The notes beneath the pieces were generated by a model that saw nothing but the letters and a program-made list of their open reading frames with translations, was not told the origin of the DNA and did not search any database. A stretch of DNA of 64,000 bases from an uncultured Verrucomicrobiae bacterium (lineage in GTDB: Bacteria; Verrucomicrobiota; Verrucomicrobiia; Chthoniobacterales; UBA10450), in contig CAVYXA010000001.1 in NCBI GenBank assembly GCA_963772365.1, positions 1,184,001 to 1,248,000 on the forward strand, read 5' to 3'. Shown here piece by piece: positions 28,593 through 38,243 of this stretch. The translations under genes and the position numbers were made by a program. Each line of letters starts with the position of its first letter. The stretch's first letter is position 1.

Positions 28593-29245
28593 TGGACGGA
28601 GAAATGCTGACGATTAACGAAATTTATCATTCGATCCAGGGCGAGAGCAGCTGGGCCGGGTGGCCCTGCGTTTTTGTCCGGCTCACAGCCTGCGATCTGC
28701 GCTGCAATTACTGCGACACGGAATACGCGTTTCACGAAGGCAAGAAGATGGAGCTCGATCACATCGTCGATCGGGTGAAGACTTTCGGCTGCAAACTGGT
28801 CGAGATCACCGGGGGAGAACCGTTGCTGCAAAAGAATGTGCTGCCTCTGATGTCGATGTTATGCGATGCCGGCCACACCGTTTTGCTCGAGACCAGCGGC
28901 ACGCACGACATTTCGCAGGTGGATGCAAGGGTTCATCGGATCATGGATTTGAAAACGCCGGGCAGCGGCGAAGTGGAAAAGAATTTCTGGGTAAACATCG
29001 ATTATCTCAGCAAGCGGGATGAAGTGAAATTCGTAATCGGCTCGCGCGAGGATTACGAATGGTCACGCGAAAAAGTGCAGCGTTTCAATCTAGATACGCG
29101 TTGTAATGCAGTTCTGTTTTCACCGATCTGGGGCCGGATCGATCCGCGCCAAATCGTGGAATGGATTCTGGCTGACAATCTCAACGTCCGTTTCCAACTT
29201 CAGATGCACAAGTTCATCTGGACTCCCACTCAGCGTGGCGTCTGA
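28592..29245 (+). CDS. queE: 7-carboxy-7-deazaguanine synthase (radical SAM)
   Basis: SIQGE, CDLRCNYCDT, TGGEP and QLQMHK motifs; close to queD. Confidence 0.88.
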   Translation: MDGEMLTINEIYHSIQGESSWAGWPCVFVRLTACDLRCNYCDTEYAFHEGKKMELDHIVDRVKTFGCKLVEITGGEPLLQKNVLPLMSMLCDAGHTVLLETSGTHDISQVDARVHRIMDLKTPGSGEVEKNFWVNIDYLSKRDEVKFVIGSREDYEWSREKVQRFNLDTRCNAVLFSPIWGRIDPRQIVEWILADNLNVRFQLQMHKFIWTPTQRGV

Positions 29246-29309
29246 TGCGAAAACGCGTTTTGCGTTGGCCATTGACCTTTTACCACAAAACCGGTACGAT
29301 CGGACTTCT

Positions 29310-29819
29310 ATGAAAAAAACGATTGCTCTAGTCCTTCTGTTGTCTTCGTCGCTGGCATTCGCTGGAACTACCTCTCTTGAAGGTACAGTAAAGGACGCGC
29401 GTGGAAACAAAGTCCAGGGAGCTGACGTCAAGATTGAAGCCAAGAACGGAAAGAGCATCATGACGAAGACAGATGCGAACGGTCACTACATCTGCAATGG
29501 ATTGGCCGTGGGCAACTATCACGTCACGCTTTTAGTGAATGGCGTAGTAAAAGCCTCGATTCTTAACGCCAAGGCTCAGGCCAAGCACCCAACGGAGCTT
29601 AACTTCGATTTAACCAACACCAGGGGCCCCCGCAAGCTGCACATGGTGTACGTGCCGACAGAAACAGGCACTCACATAGGAAGCGGGCGATGGATTACTG
29701 TCGACGAAAATGGGAATGTGGTAGGCGAAAATTCGAACGTGCAAAAGCTGGGTACCGAAGCGATCAATCAGATGCAGATGAACGCCAACGGATCCCGCTC
29801 AGCAAAAGATTCACATTAG
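29310..29819 (+). CDS. Exported protein with a carboxypeptidase-regulatory-like domain
   Basis: Signal peptide; GTVKD..G..V.GA.V, TDANG.Y and L..G.Y.V. Confidence 0.75.
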   Translation: MKKTIALVLLLSSSLAFAGTTSLEGTVKDARGNKVQGADVKIEAKNGKSIMTKTDANGHYICNGLAVGNYHVTLLVNGVVKASILNAKAQAKHPTELNFDLTNTRGPRKLHMVYVPTETGTHIGSGRWITVDENGNVVGENSNVQKLGTEAINQMQMNANGSRSAKDSH

Positions 29820-29946
29820 TCGATCTCAAACAGTGTCGCCCAAAGTGATCTCGTCGCGGAGCCAGCGCGAGATTTGAGCTCCGTTCAGTGCGAGGTCATC
29901 CTATTGCTCGGGATGACGCTCGGAAATCCGTGGTATTTTGCACCTT

Positions 29947-30309
29947 ATGCGCGCTAGACTAATAAAGGATTTCACTTTCGAAGCGGCGCAGACATTGCCA
30001 AGCGCACCAGAAGGACACAAATGCAGGCGGATGCATGGGCATAGCTTCAAAGTGGAGATTTCGGTCGAGGGAGATGTCGATCCTAAGACGGGCTGGGTTT
30101 ACGATCATGCGGAGATTTCCGAGGCGATGAAACCGCTGCTCAAAATGCTCGATCATTCGTATCTCAACGACATTGAAGGGCTGGACAATCCGACAATCGA
30201 AAATATGGCGGCGTGGTTCTGGAAAAAACTAGAGTCGAAGTGCGCCGGGCTTTGCGAAATTGTCGTGCACGAAACCCCGACGGCACGCTGCGTTTATCAA
30301 GGCGAATAA
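29947..30309 (+). CDS. queD: 6-carboxy-5,6,7,8-tetrahydropterin synthase
   Basis: C.RMHGHS, LDHSYLN, PTIEN and ETPT motifs. Confidence 0.92.
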   Translation: MRARLIKDFTFEAAQTLPSAPEGHKCRRMHGHSFKVEISVEGDVDPKTGWVYDHAEISEAMKPLLKMLDHSYLNDIEGLDNPTIENMAAWFWKKLESKCAGLCEIVVHETPTARCVYQGE

Positions 30310-30312
30310 ATC

Positions 30313-30381
30313 TGTAGCGGCGGTCTGTGACCGTCGCCGATCCTTGAGAATAGTTTGCGACGCTCATAGAGCGCCGCTACA
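30313..30381. repeat. GTAG-type REP doublet, family C
   Basis: TGTAGCGGCGGTCTGTGACC...AGAGCGCCGCTACA between convergent genes. Confidence 0.85.
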
Positions 30382-30393
30382 GAAAGGAGCGCT

Positions 30394-31275
30394 TTAGAAC
30401 TTCGACGCGCGGACGGTGCCAGTCTCGATGGCGGATTTGCGTTGCTCGACGATTCGGTTGGCGATCTCCTCGACCATTTGCTCGAGCAGCATGCGCAAGT
30501 GTGTGTTTGGCCGATAATCGGCGGGAGCGATGTGTTTTACCCTGTCGGCGTGTGTGGAAAGCTGGAAACATTTTTTGAATCCGGTGCGTTCCGGATCCTC
30601 CGGGTTGTAAACCGCGATCGCTTCGCCGCCGTTCTTTTTCATCACCGTGAAACAGGGCACATCGGTCGGACCATCGCCAACATAGATCATGTTTGGAAAT
30701 GGGATCGGGCGGATATCGGGGTCCATGTGATCGTTTACGTCCTGCGACATATCGAGCAGACCTTTGTTGATGCGAAACAGGAACTGCGTCTTTTGCGTGT
30801 GACTGATCACACGCTTGGGAAATGTGATCCGGCCTTCTTCTTCCTCGGCGAATTCGCAGCCGAAGATTGCGCGCACATAAGACGCGAGCCGGCTGCCTTC
30901 GATGAGAACCTTCATGCCCGACGAGATGATGTAATGCTCGACGGTGATCCCGTTCGCGACCTGCTCAGGCGTCAGCAATCCATTGCGGAACTGTTCAAAC
31001 ATCTCCGGCAGCCCTTTGTAAAAATTTAACTTGGCTCCGAGCTGTCGAAGCTCGGTGTTGGTGGGGCGATCCATGCTGAGGGTATCGAGTAGCACTTTCA
31101 TGTAGGCGAGCTCGTTATCGTAACCGGCATCGCGCACCAGCTCCGAGCATCTGCGCCAGAAATTCTCCGCTTTGATCCCGAACGCTGGAAAGATGACCTC
31201 GTCCTGCATGTAGCTCGGGCTTAGCGTCTGATCGTAATCGTAAACGATCGCGATTGTGTTTTGCGGCGTGGACAA
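30394..31275 (-). CDS. HAD-like hydrolase
   Basis: YDYDQTL, IISSG and GDGPTD motifs. Confidence 0.85.
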   Translation of the reverse strand: MSTPQNTIAIVYDYDQTLSPSYMQDEVIFPAFGIKAENFWRRCSELVRDAGYDNELAYMKVLLDTLSMDRPTNTELRQLGAKLNFYKGLPEMFEQFRNGLLTPEQVANGITVEHYIISSGMKVLIEGSRLASYVRAIFGCEFAEEEEGRITFPKRVISHTQKTQFLFRINKGLLDMSQDVNDHMDPDIRPIPFPNMIYVGDGPTDVPCFTVMKKNGGEAIAVYNPEDPERTGFKKCFQLSTHADRVKHIAPADYRPNTHLRMLLEQMVEEIANRIVEQRKSAIETGTVRASKF

Positions 31276-31297
31276 GGAAACGTGATTCGTTAAAATG

Positions 31298-31933
31298 TTA
31301 CATCGAACTAGTCAGCCGCGAAAAAAAATCCTCGAACAGGCTGGCGTAGTAGGCAGCGTCGCGCTCCGGATGATATTGGACGCCTAACACAAAGGGCCGA
31401 TGCCGAAGCCGAACCTGCTCGATGATGTCATCGCTGGCGCTCCACGCTTCTATTTCCAAGCCATTCCCCAAACGATCGATCGCTTGATGATGCGCGCTAT
31501 TGACACGCACGAATCGATGCTCGGCACTAGCCGCAGTTCGCAACGGCTGAACATTCTGATCTTTCTGTTCCTCCTCGCGGTGCCCGGGAATATCGAGCTT
31601 GAGCGACCCGCCGAGGGCTACGTTCAGAACCTGAATGCCTCGGCAAATCGCCAGGATCGGCAGCCCCCGCGACAATGCGTTCTCGACAGCAGCAAATTCC
31701 CATTCGTCACGCACAGGATCGACATCTTTTTCAAGCACCGATGGATCGACAACTTCCTGCTTCAGATATTGCACCGAGATATCGGAGCCACCGGTGAGAA
31801 GAAGACCATGCATACCCGCCACTGAGATTTGCCCCGTCGCCGCATTCCAAAAGTTAATTTGAGAAAATCTGCCAAGGATCGGGCGAAACCATGTTTGGTC
31901 TTTTTCTCTGATCCAGGTCGCGAGATTAGGCAT
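31298..31933 (-). CDS. Peptidase C26 / gamma-glutamyl-GABA hydrolase family
   Basis: ICRGIQ, VNSAHHQ and VQYHPE triad motifs. Confidence 0.88.
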   Translation of the reverse strand: MPNLATWIREKDQTWFRPILGRFSQINFWNAATGQISVAGMHGLLLTGGSDISVQYLKQEVVDPSVLEKDVDPVRDEWEFAAVENALSRGLPILAICRGIQVLNVALGGSLKLDIPGHREEEQKDQNVQPLRTAASAEHRFVRVNSAHHQAIDRLGNGLEIEAWSASDDIIEQVRLRHRPFVLGVQYHPERDAAYYASLFEDFFSRLTSSM

Positions 31934-32855
31934 CTGTTAGTAGTCCCTTCAGCTTAAACGATTCCGACTTTGGAGAGCGTCGGTGCAAAACCAGCATGAG
32001 ATAGAGCAAGGTCCCCAGGGCCATCGGAATCATGAGACAGCTTGCTTCGGTTCCCAGTTCCCCGCCAGTAAGCCAGACCGGGCCGGGAAAACTGACATTC
32101 AGAAGCCGATCTACCGGCACTTGTCCGCCATTTCGGGTACCGATGATAAAGAGCTGGCCGAAATCAAAGGCCGCATGCCATCCCACCGCCCACCAAAGCG
32201 ATCCGGTAACACGAACACTGAGACAAATGATGATCCCCAAAGCGAAAATCATCCCGATATCCAGAGCATTTTCATGCGGCTTCGATACATGAGCTCCCGC
32301 GAACAGGGCTGTAGTGATCAGCGCAGCCGGCCAGAAACCGGCGGCGCGCCAGAGTGATTGTAAAGCGTAGCCGCGGAAAAGGTACTCTTCACTGATTCCG
32401 ACGAGCACCATCGCAATGAGCCACAAAAGTGGTGAGACGATCCAATTCGACCCGTGCAAGGCGACTCCATGTACGCGCATCGCGCCGGTGACCAGCATTC
32501 CTAGCGCTACAAAAATAGCGCCTCCAAGGCCGAGAAAAGCTCCATTCCAAAACAGACCACCGGACGCTCGTTCCAGCGGCAAACCATAACTGTCGATTCG
32601 GCGATGTTCGAGGAGAGCAACGACTGCGGTCCCAGCCAGCAAAGGAATCAAATTCAAGATCTCGCCAAGAATGAGGCCCGGTGCGCTCAGCGCCTGAAGT
32701 TGAAGCTGGAGCTTTGGGAATACGAACGCCAGCACCGGTCTTTCCACGAATTGGTAGGCAAATTCGATCGCGACAGCGAAAGCGACGAACCGCCAGCCAT
32801 ATCTCACGCCATTTCGCCCAATAAATATCCGTTTCAAGCCGTTCATCGAAAGCAA
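31926..32855 (-). CDS. CPBP (Abi/CAAX) intramembrane metalloprotease
   Basis: EEYLFRG, FAGAH and GWHAAFD motifs. Confidence 0.88.
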   Translation of the reverse strand: MLSMNGLKRIFIGRNGVRYGWRFVAFAVAIEFAYQFVERPVLAFVFPKLQLQLQALSAPGLILGEILNLIPLLAGTAVVALLEHRRIDSYGLPLERASGGLFWNGAFLGLGGAIFVALGMLVTGAMRVHGVALHGSNWIVSPLLWLIAMVLVGISEEYLFRGYALQSLWRAAGFWPAALITTALFAGAHVSKPHENALDIGMIFALGIIICLSVRVTGSLWWAVGWHAAFDFGQLFIIGTRNGGQVPVDRLLNVSFPGPVWLTGGELGTEASCLMIPMALGTLLYLMLVLHRRSPKSESFKLKGLLTDA

Positions 32856-32894
32856 TTCCCGATTGCGGCCAGGTCGTAGAAAACAAAGTGAATC

Positions 32895-34388
32895 TTACAC
32901 TTCCGGTTGGACGGCGAAGCCGACCTGCGGTTCGGCCTCACCCGCCACATTGGTCTGATCCTGCAAATACGTGCGACCTCTGTAAAAGGGAGTGACAATC
33001 ACGAACAACACTGCCGTTCCCAGCATCACCCAAACGAAAAACATGAAATAGCTTGAGCCTTGTAGCTTCACCGAGCCATCCGGATTTTGGATGAAGAAGT
33101 TCACTGCCGCCGTGAATTGATTGCCCAGTGATATGGCAAGCAAATAGGTGCACATGACCAGCGATTTCAGTTTTATCGGCCCTTGTGTGTAGGAGAATTC
33201 CAGGTGAGTCGGCGAGACGAGTGTCTCACCAGCAGTCAGGACAACGAATGCCCAAACTTGCCAGATGATGTTCGGCTTTGCACCGGCATCGATCCGCGTT
33301 TGGATCAGCGCCACAATGAAAAATGATGCCGCGGTAACAAAGAGTCCGGCGCCGATTTTTCGAAGAGGCGTCAGCTTCACAAATTTTTCCAGGAATGGAT
33401 AAAGGACATAAGAAAAGAGCGGAAGCATTATCAAAATGAAAATCGGATTAACGGTCTGGATTTGTTCCGGGAGCCAGTCAATCCCGAAAAGATGTCGATC
33501 CATTGATTTGGCCTGAAGGATCCATGAGGAAAAATTTTGCTGCCAGAGCGCCCAGAACATCGCTACGAACGGAACGGGTATCAGAATATTGAGAATGATT
33601 TTGCCAGTTTTCTTATTGAAAATTTCGCGCCCATAAGTTCGCAAGCCGACTGGCGGAATGTGGACAAATTTTTTGCGACCAGCCCAAAAGAAAATCGTCG
33701 CGATCAGCATGAATATACCTGGCAAGCCGAAAGCAACGTCCGGGCTATGCAATCGCGGGCTGACCAGAAAATCTGCAACCGAAACTGGCAATAGATTTTT
33801 GAGCCAGTCCGAAAGTGAACCCGGCTCAAGTAACCATGGGATCAAAAGCGTCGACAGCGCTGAGCCGGCGTTGATGGAAAAATAGAACCAGTTAAAAAGG
33901 CGCGGCAGCAGATGCTTGTTGCTTTCGCCAAACTGATCGCCCACGTTCGTTGAAACACACGGCTTGATCCCACCGGCGCCAAGAGCGATCAAAAAAAGTC
34001 CGATTCCTGAGAGGACTACGGGCGGAATGACGTGCGCAACGGCTGAACCCATCAACGCGAGCGTCGCGTGCCCCGCGCAGTAGACGATCGACAGCCAAAA
34101 GACGACCCAAAATTTTCCAAAGAGCGCGTCAGCGAGGATCGCGCCGAACAATGGCAGAAAGTAGAGCGCCGAAACAAAAGTGTGATACCACGCATCAGCC
34201 TGCGCTGGCCCCATCACAGCGAGGTTGCCCGCCTTGTCGTGAAGGAACGTCGTCCAAAAAATCACGACGATGGAATTCATCCCGTAATACGAGAAACGCT
34301 CGGCGGCTTCATTGCCGATGATGTACGGAACGCCCGGCGGCCAAGTGCTGATCTTCGGCGGTGAAGTCAGGTATTTCTGCTTGGCCAT
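32895..34388 (-). CDS. POT family proton-dependent oligopeptide transporter
   Basis: EAAERFSYYG, GGIKP and FYFSINAGS motifs. Confidence 0.92.
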   Translation of the reverse strand: MAKQKYLTSPPKISTWPPGVPYIIGNEAAERFSYYGMNSIVVIFWTTFLHDKAGNLAVMGPAQADAWYHTFVSALYFLPLFGAILADALFGKFWVVFWLSIVYCAGHATLALMGSAVAHVIPPVVLSGIGLFLIALGAGGIKPCVSTNVGDQFGESNKHLLPRLFNWFYFSINAGSALSTLLIPWLLEPGSLSDWLKNLLPVSVADFLVSPRLHSPDVAFGLPGIFMLIATIFFWAGRKKFVHIPPVGLRTYGREIFNKKTGKIILNILIPVPFVAMFWALWQQNFSSWILQAKSMDRHLFGIDWLPEQIQTVNPIFILIMLPLFSYVLYPFLEKFVKLTPLRKIGAGLFVTAASFFIVALIQTRIDAGAKPNIIWQVWAFVVLTAGETLVSPTHLEFSYTQGPIKLKSLVMCTYLLAISLGNQFTAAVNFFIQNPDGSVKLQGSSYFMFFVWVMLGTAVLFVIVTPFYRGRTYLQDQTNVAGEAEPQVGFAVQPEV

Positions 34389-34403
34389 GAGGTCCCCTTT
34401 TCC

Positions 34404-34625
34404 CTACGGATTTTTGGTAGGAAAGAAATCAACCGGCGTGGGTGTGGCCGGAGCCGGAGAAGTTGATTCCTGAGCTCCTTTTGAATTGTCGGCGTTGGCG
34501 AGATCGACATGCTCTTTTTGCACTTCGGGCATCTCGCCGAGGTGGTGTTCTTCGCAGGAACAAAAGAGAATCGCTGCGGCGCCACCGAGGATTGCGAGGC
34601 CCTTTCGCAATGAAAATCGCATCAT
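34404..34625 (-). CDS. Small lipoprotein
   Basis: Lipobox-like FCSC; Pro-rich tail. Confidence 0.6.
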   Translation of the reverse strand: MMRFSLRKGLAILGGAAAILFCSCEEHHLGEMPEVQKEHVDLANADNSKGAQESTSPAPATPTPVDFFPTKNP

Positions 34626-34677
34626 GCGCAGGGACAGTAATCACCCTTCGGCCTGGCGCGCAAGTCAAAGCACGTGT

Positions 34678-34803
34678 CTTCTTCCTCATACTCATACTCA
34701 TACTCATACTCATGATCCTGATCCTGATCCTGATCCTGGTCGAATGACTTATCAATTAGGATTAGGATCATGGGTATGATCAGGAGCATGAGTATGAGGA
34801 AGA
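34678..34803. repeat. Hexamer tandem repeats (CTCATA)n and (GATCCT)n arranged as an imperfect palindrome
   Basis: TCTTCCTCATACTCAT at the left pairs with ATGAGTATGAGGAAGA at the right. Confidence 0.8.
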
Positions 34804-34843
34804 GATATTGAAACGCGCGCCCGGCGCATTACTATCTGCCAAA

Positions 34844-37291
34844 GTGGCCCGCTCAGTTAAGAACAACGCCTGGAACGAGGTCTTTGCCCTTATTCTGCTT
34901 TTCGTCGGCACACTCCTCTTTCTCGCGCTGATTTCCTATACGCCAAAGGATGTACCGTCGTGGGTCTGGTTCAGTCATATTTCGCCCGCGAATCATCCAG
35001 CGCAAAATTTCATTGGACCGTTCGGTGCGATCGTCGCCGGAATTTGCTATTACCTATTTGGCGCCGCCTCGTATTTGCTCGCGGCGATCCTCCTCGGCTT
35101 CGGCACGGCGAAATTGTTTCACTACAGCCTGCGGGTTACGCCGCGGATTCCGTGGATTGTTCTGTTCATCATTTCAGGTGCGTGTTTGCTTCAACTGCAA
35201 ACCAGTCATCTTCAGGGCTGGAGAGGCGCTTTCAATATTCCGGGGCCCGGCGGATGGGTCGGTTATTTTTTTGGGAAGACGCTTCTGCTCAATTCCATGG
35301 GCAAAGTCGGATCGATTATTCTGCTGGCGGGCGTTTATCTGGCCACTTTGATTTTAATGACCGGTCTTCGCCCGATTCATTTCGTGCGCGAAACCATCGC
35401 GGGCACAGGTCGCGTCATTGGCAAGCTCCACGAGTGGCAGTTGCATCGACAATTGCGAAACGCGGATATCAAAGGGCAGCTCGAGATCAGCCGGAAAGAA
35501 TTGGCCAAACAACGGCGCTCGATTGAGAAGCAGCTCAAGAAAAAAGGCGCACCGGTTTCTGAGTCGGCGGCTCCATTCATCTCAGCCGAAGAATTAGCCG
35601 ATCGCCCGACGCCGAAGGTAGTCGATACGACCGCGCTGCCGAACGAGCTGGCGCCTTCGCGAAGGAAACCTTCGCTGGCGGAATTGCGTTCCGGTCCGCA
35701 AAAATCAGCAGTTTCTTCCGGCCTAACAACCCGGAACTGGGATGCTGCCTCTTACTCCTTGCCAGGACTGGATTTGCTCGAGGAACATGATCCCGAAGGT
35801 CGCGGCGGCGCCGACCCGGCCGAGCTTCAGCGTGTCCAGCAAACTTTGATCGATACACTCGGCCAGTTCGGAATCGCTGTTGCCGCCGGCGACATCACCA
35901 AAGGCCCGACGATCACCCGTTATGAAGTTTACCCGGCCAAAGGCGTGCGTGTCGACAAGATCGTTAGTCTGGAGCGCGATCTCGCTCGGGCCACGCGCGC
36001 AGAACGGATCAATATTCTCGCGCCGATTCCGGGCAAGGACACGGTCGGCATCGAGCTGGCCAATTCGCGTAAAGTCACGGTCACGCTTCGCGAACTGCTG
36101 GAATCGACCGATTGGGATGAAATCAAGGGGCGCGCCAAGATTCCGCTTGCCTTAGGCAAAGATGTTTACGGCAAGGCGATCATCACGGATCTGGCGCAAA
36201 TGCCGCACTTGTTAGTTGCCGGCACTACCGGCAGCGGCAAGAGCGTTTGCATCAACGCTCTCATTGCCAGCATGCTGTTTCGGTTCACGCCGGAAGAGCT
36301 GCGTTTCATCATGATCGATCCGAAGGTCGTCGAGATGCAGGTGTACGAAGCGCTGCCGCACCTGGCTTTTCCCGTCGTGGTCGATCCTAAAAAGGTGTTG
36401 CTGGCGTTGCGCTGGTTGATCGATGAAATGGAACGACGTTACAAAATTTTCGCCAAGGAAGGCGTGCGCAACATCATTGGATTTAATGCGCGTCCGAAGA
36501 AGAAAACGCAAAAAGAGCTGGACGCTGATGCTGTAGCGTCCGCTGTCTCACCGGACAATTCGCGCAAGTCCGCTGAGACAGCGGACGCCAAAACGAAAGT
36601 TCCACGCGGCGACGCGATCCAGATTCCGGACAACCTCCCCTACATCGTCGTAATCATCGATGAGCTGGCCGATCTGATGCAAACCGCGCCGGCCGACGTG
36701 GAAAGTGCAATTGCGCGGATCACGCAAATGGCTCGCGCAGCCGGGATTCACCTCATCGTGGCAACACAAACGCCCCGGGCGGATGTGATCACTGGAGTAA
36801 TCAAAGCCAACATCCCGAGCCGAATCGCATTTCAAGTGGCGAGCAAGATCGACAGCCGCGTGATTCTGGATGAAAACGGGGCCGACCGATTGTTAGGTCA
36901 GGGCGACATGCTCTATCTTCCGCCGGGTGCTTCCCGGCTGATCCGCGCGCAGGGCGTTCTCGTGACGGATGAGGAGATTCGCCGGCTGATCCAGTTCGTT
37001 ACCGCCCAAAGCCCTCCCGCATTCGATGCGGCCATGCATGAAAAACTGCAAGCGGCCAGCGCATCGGCCGGCGAGGAGGTGACGGATGAAGATGAGGAGC
37101 TGGTCGAGAAATGCATCGAGATCATCCGACAGGAGAAGCGCGCTTCGACTTCATTGCTGCAGCGGCGATTGCGACTTGGTTATACCAGAGCGGCCAGAAT
37201 CGTTGATATTCTGGAGCAGCGCGGTATTTTAGGCCCCGGCGAAGGCGCTAAGCCGCGCGAGATTCTTGTCGATCTCGACGCCGCTGTTTAG
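34844..37291 (+). CDS. ftsK: DNA translocase FtsK
   Basis: N-terminal TM region, GTTGSGKS, IIDELADLM and gamma domain; GTG start chosen. Confidence 0.95.
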   Translation: MARSVKNNAWNEVFALILLFVGTLLFLALISYTPKDVPSWVWFSHISPANHPAQNFIGPFGAIVAGICYYLFGAASYLLAAILLGFGTAKLFHYSLRVTPRIPWIVLFIISGACLLQLQTSHLQGWRGAFNIPGPGGWVGYFFGKTLLLNSMGKVGSIILLAGVYLATLILMTGLRPIHFVRETIAGTGRVIGKLHEWQLHRQLRNADIKGQLEISRKELAKQRRSIEKQLKKKGAPVSESAAPFISAEELADRPTPKVVDTTALPNELAPSRRKPSLAELRSGPQKSAVSSGLTTRNWDAASYSLPGLDLLEEHDPEGRGGADPAELQRVQQTLIDTLGQFGIAVAAGDITKGPTITRYEVYPAKGVRVDKIVSLERDLARATRAERINILAPIPGKDTVGIELANSRKVTVTLRELLESTDWDEIKGRAKIPLALGKDVYGKAIITDLAQMPHLLVAGTTGSGKSVCINALIASMLFRFTPEELRFIMIDPKVVEMQVYEALPHLAFPVVVDPKKVLLALRWLIDEMERRYKIFAKEGVRNIIGFNARPKKKTQKELDADAVASAVSPDNSRKSAETADAKTKVPRGDAIQIPDNLPYIVVIIDELADLMQTAPADVESAIARITQMARAAGIHLIVATQTPRADVITGVIKANIPSRIAFQVASKIDSRVILDENGADRLLGQGDMLYLPPGASRLIRAQGVLVTDEEIRRLIQFVTAQSPPAFDAAMHEKLQAASASAGEEVTDEDEELVEKCIEIIRQEKRASTSLLQRRLRLGYTRAARIVDILEQRGILGPGEGAKPREILVDLDAAV
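36532..36590. repeat. GTAG-type palindrome in frame inside ftsK
   Basis: TGTAGCGTCCGCTGTCTCA...TGAGACAGCGGACGC. Confidence 0.78.
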
Positions 37292-37305
37292 CCGGCAATT
37301 CCATT

Positions 37306-38199
37306 ATGACGATCGAAGGTCTGGGCAAGAAATTTCAGGACGCAAGGCTCGCCAGGAGGCTAACCATCGAGGAAGCCGCCCGAATGACTAAGATCCGGCC
37401 TTCGCGGCTGGCGGAAATCGAGGCTGATGACTTTTCCCAATTTCCAAGTCTGGCTTACGCCAAGGGGTTCCTTTTGATTTACGGAAAATTTTTGGATGTC
37501 GATGTGACGCCGTATCTGGAAGCCTTCGAAGGATCGGAAAACGTCACGGTCGATGGGTACTCCTATCTGCAGGAAAGTCCGGCGCCCAAACCGACTCGCA
37601 CACCGGTTGTTCGAACACCGCGTAGACAGACATCACTCTGGCCGCTGGTGATCGCGGTCGTCGTGCTGGTGCTTGGATTTTCGGTCACAAAATTGATTAT
37701 CAATCTCAAAAGACTTGCCCCACGAACAGAAACCATGATCGGAATACCCGAGTCGGCGCTTGCCTCGCCCTCTCCGGTTCCGGCTTCTCCTGTGATGGCG
37801 ATAGCGTCTCCTGCACGACCAATGGCAAACACTCCACCATCGAGGCCGGCGCCATCAGCTGTCGCAAGTGCGAGATCTCCTGAGCCGGAAGTGCGTCGCG
37901 CAGAGCCAGTAGGTCCACAGGATGTGACTAACCAAGCTGCCGCCCAGGTTCCTTCGCCTGCGGAACAGGCCACGGAGAACTTGGTCGATATCAAGCCACT
38001 TAAGAAAACCTATCTCAAAGTCGTGGTCGATAATGGCTCCAGCACGCCGCCGTACGAACGCTGGATCTCGCCGTCGGATGGAATCGTTGAATTCAAAGGC
38101 CAACACATCGCTGTGCGAGTTTTGGATCGCGAGGCGATCCAGATCCGGAAGAATGGGAAGCCAATCACGGATGGCGATAACGAAGTCACAATTCAATAG
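37306..38199 (+). CDS. RodZ-like HTH membrane protein
   Basis: N-terminal HTH (YAKGFL..Y..FL), one TM helix; ftsK-rodZ-rimO synteny. Confidence 0.8.
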   Translation: MTIEGLGKKFQDARLARRLTIEEAARMTKIRPSRLAEIEADDFSQFPSLAYAKGFLLIYGKFLDVDVTPYLEAFEGSENVTVDGYSYLQESPAPKPTRTPVVRTPRRQTSLWPLVIAVVVLVLGFSVTKLIINLKRLAPRTETMIGIPESALASPSPVPASPVMAIASPARPMANTPPSRPAPSAVASARSPEPEVRRAEPVGPQDVTNQAAAQVPSPAEQATENLVDIKPLKKTYLKVVVDNGSSTPPYERWISPSDGIVEFKGQHIAVRVLDREAIQIRKNGKPITDGDNEVTIQ

Positions 38200-38243
38200 C
38201 GCGCATCGGCAAGCAATTTTCTAGCGGCGTCTCGAACAATGAC

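Noticed and set aside
28592..30309. queE/queD as a Dpd-type DNA-modification defence system, or a preQ1 riboswitch
   Set aside because: No dpdA/tgt-like gene nearby, housekeeping context, and no riboswitch motif recognised
34429..34779. ORFs with RIRIRI, ILILIL or THTHTH runs
   Set aside because: Translations of the hexamer repeat tract, not credible genes
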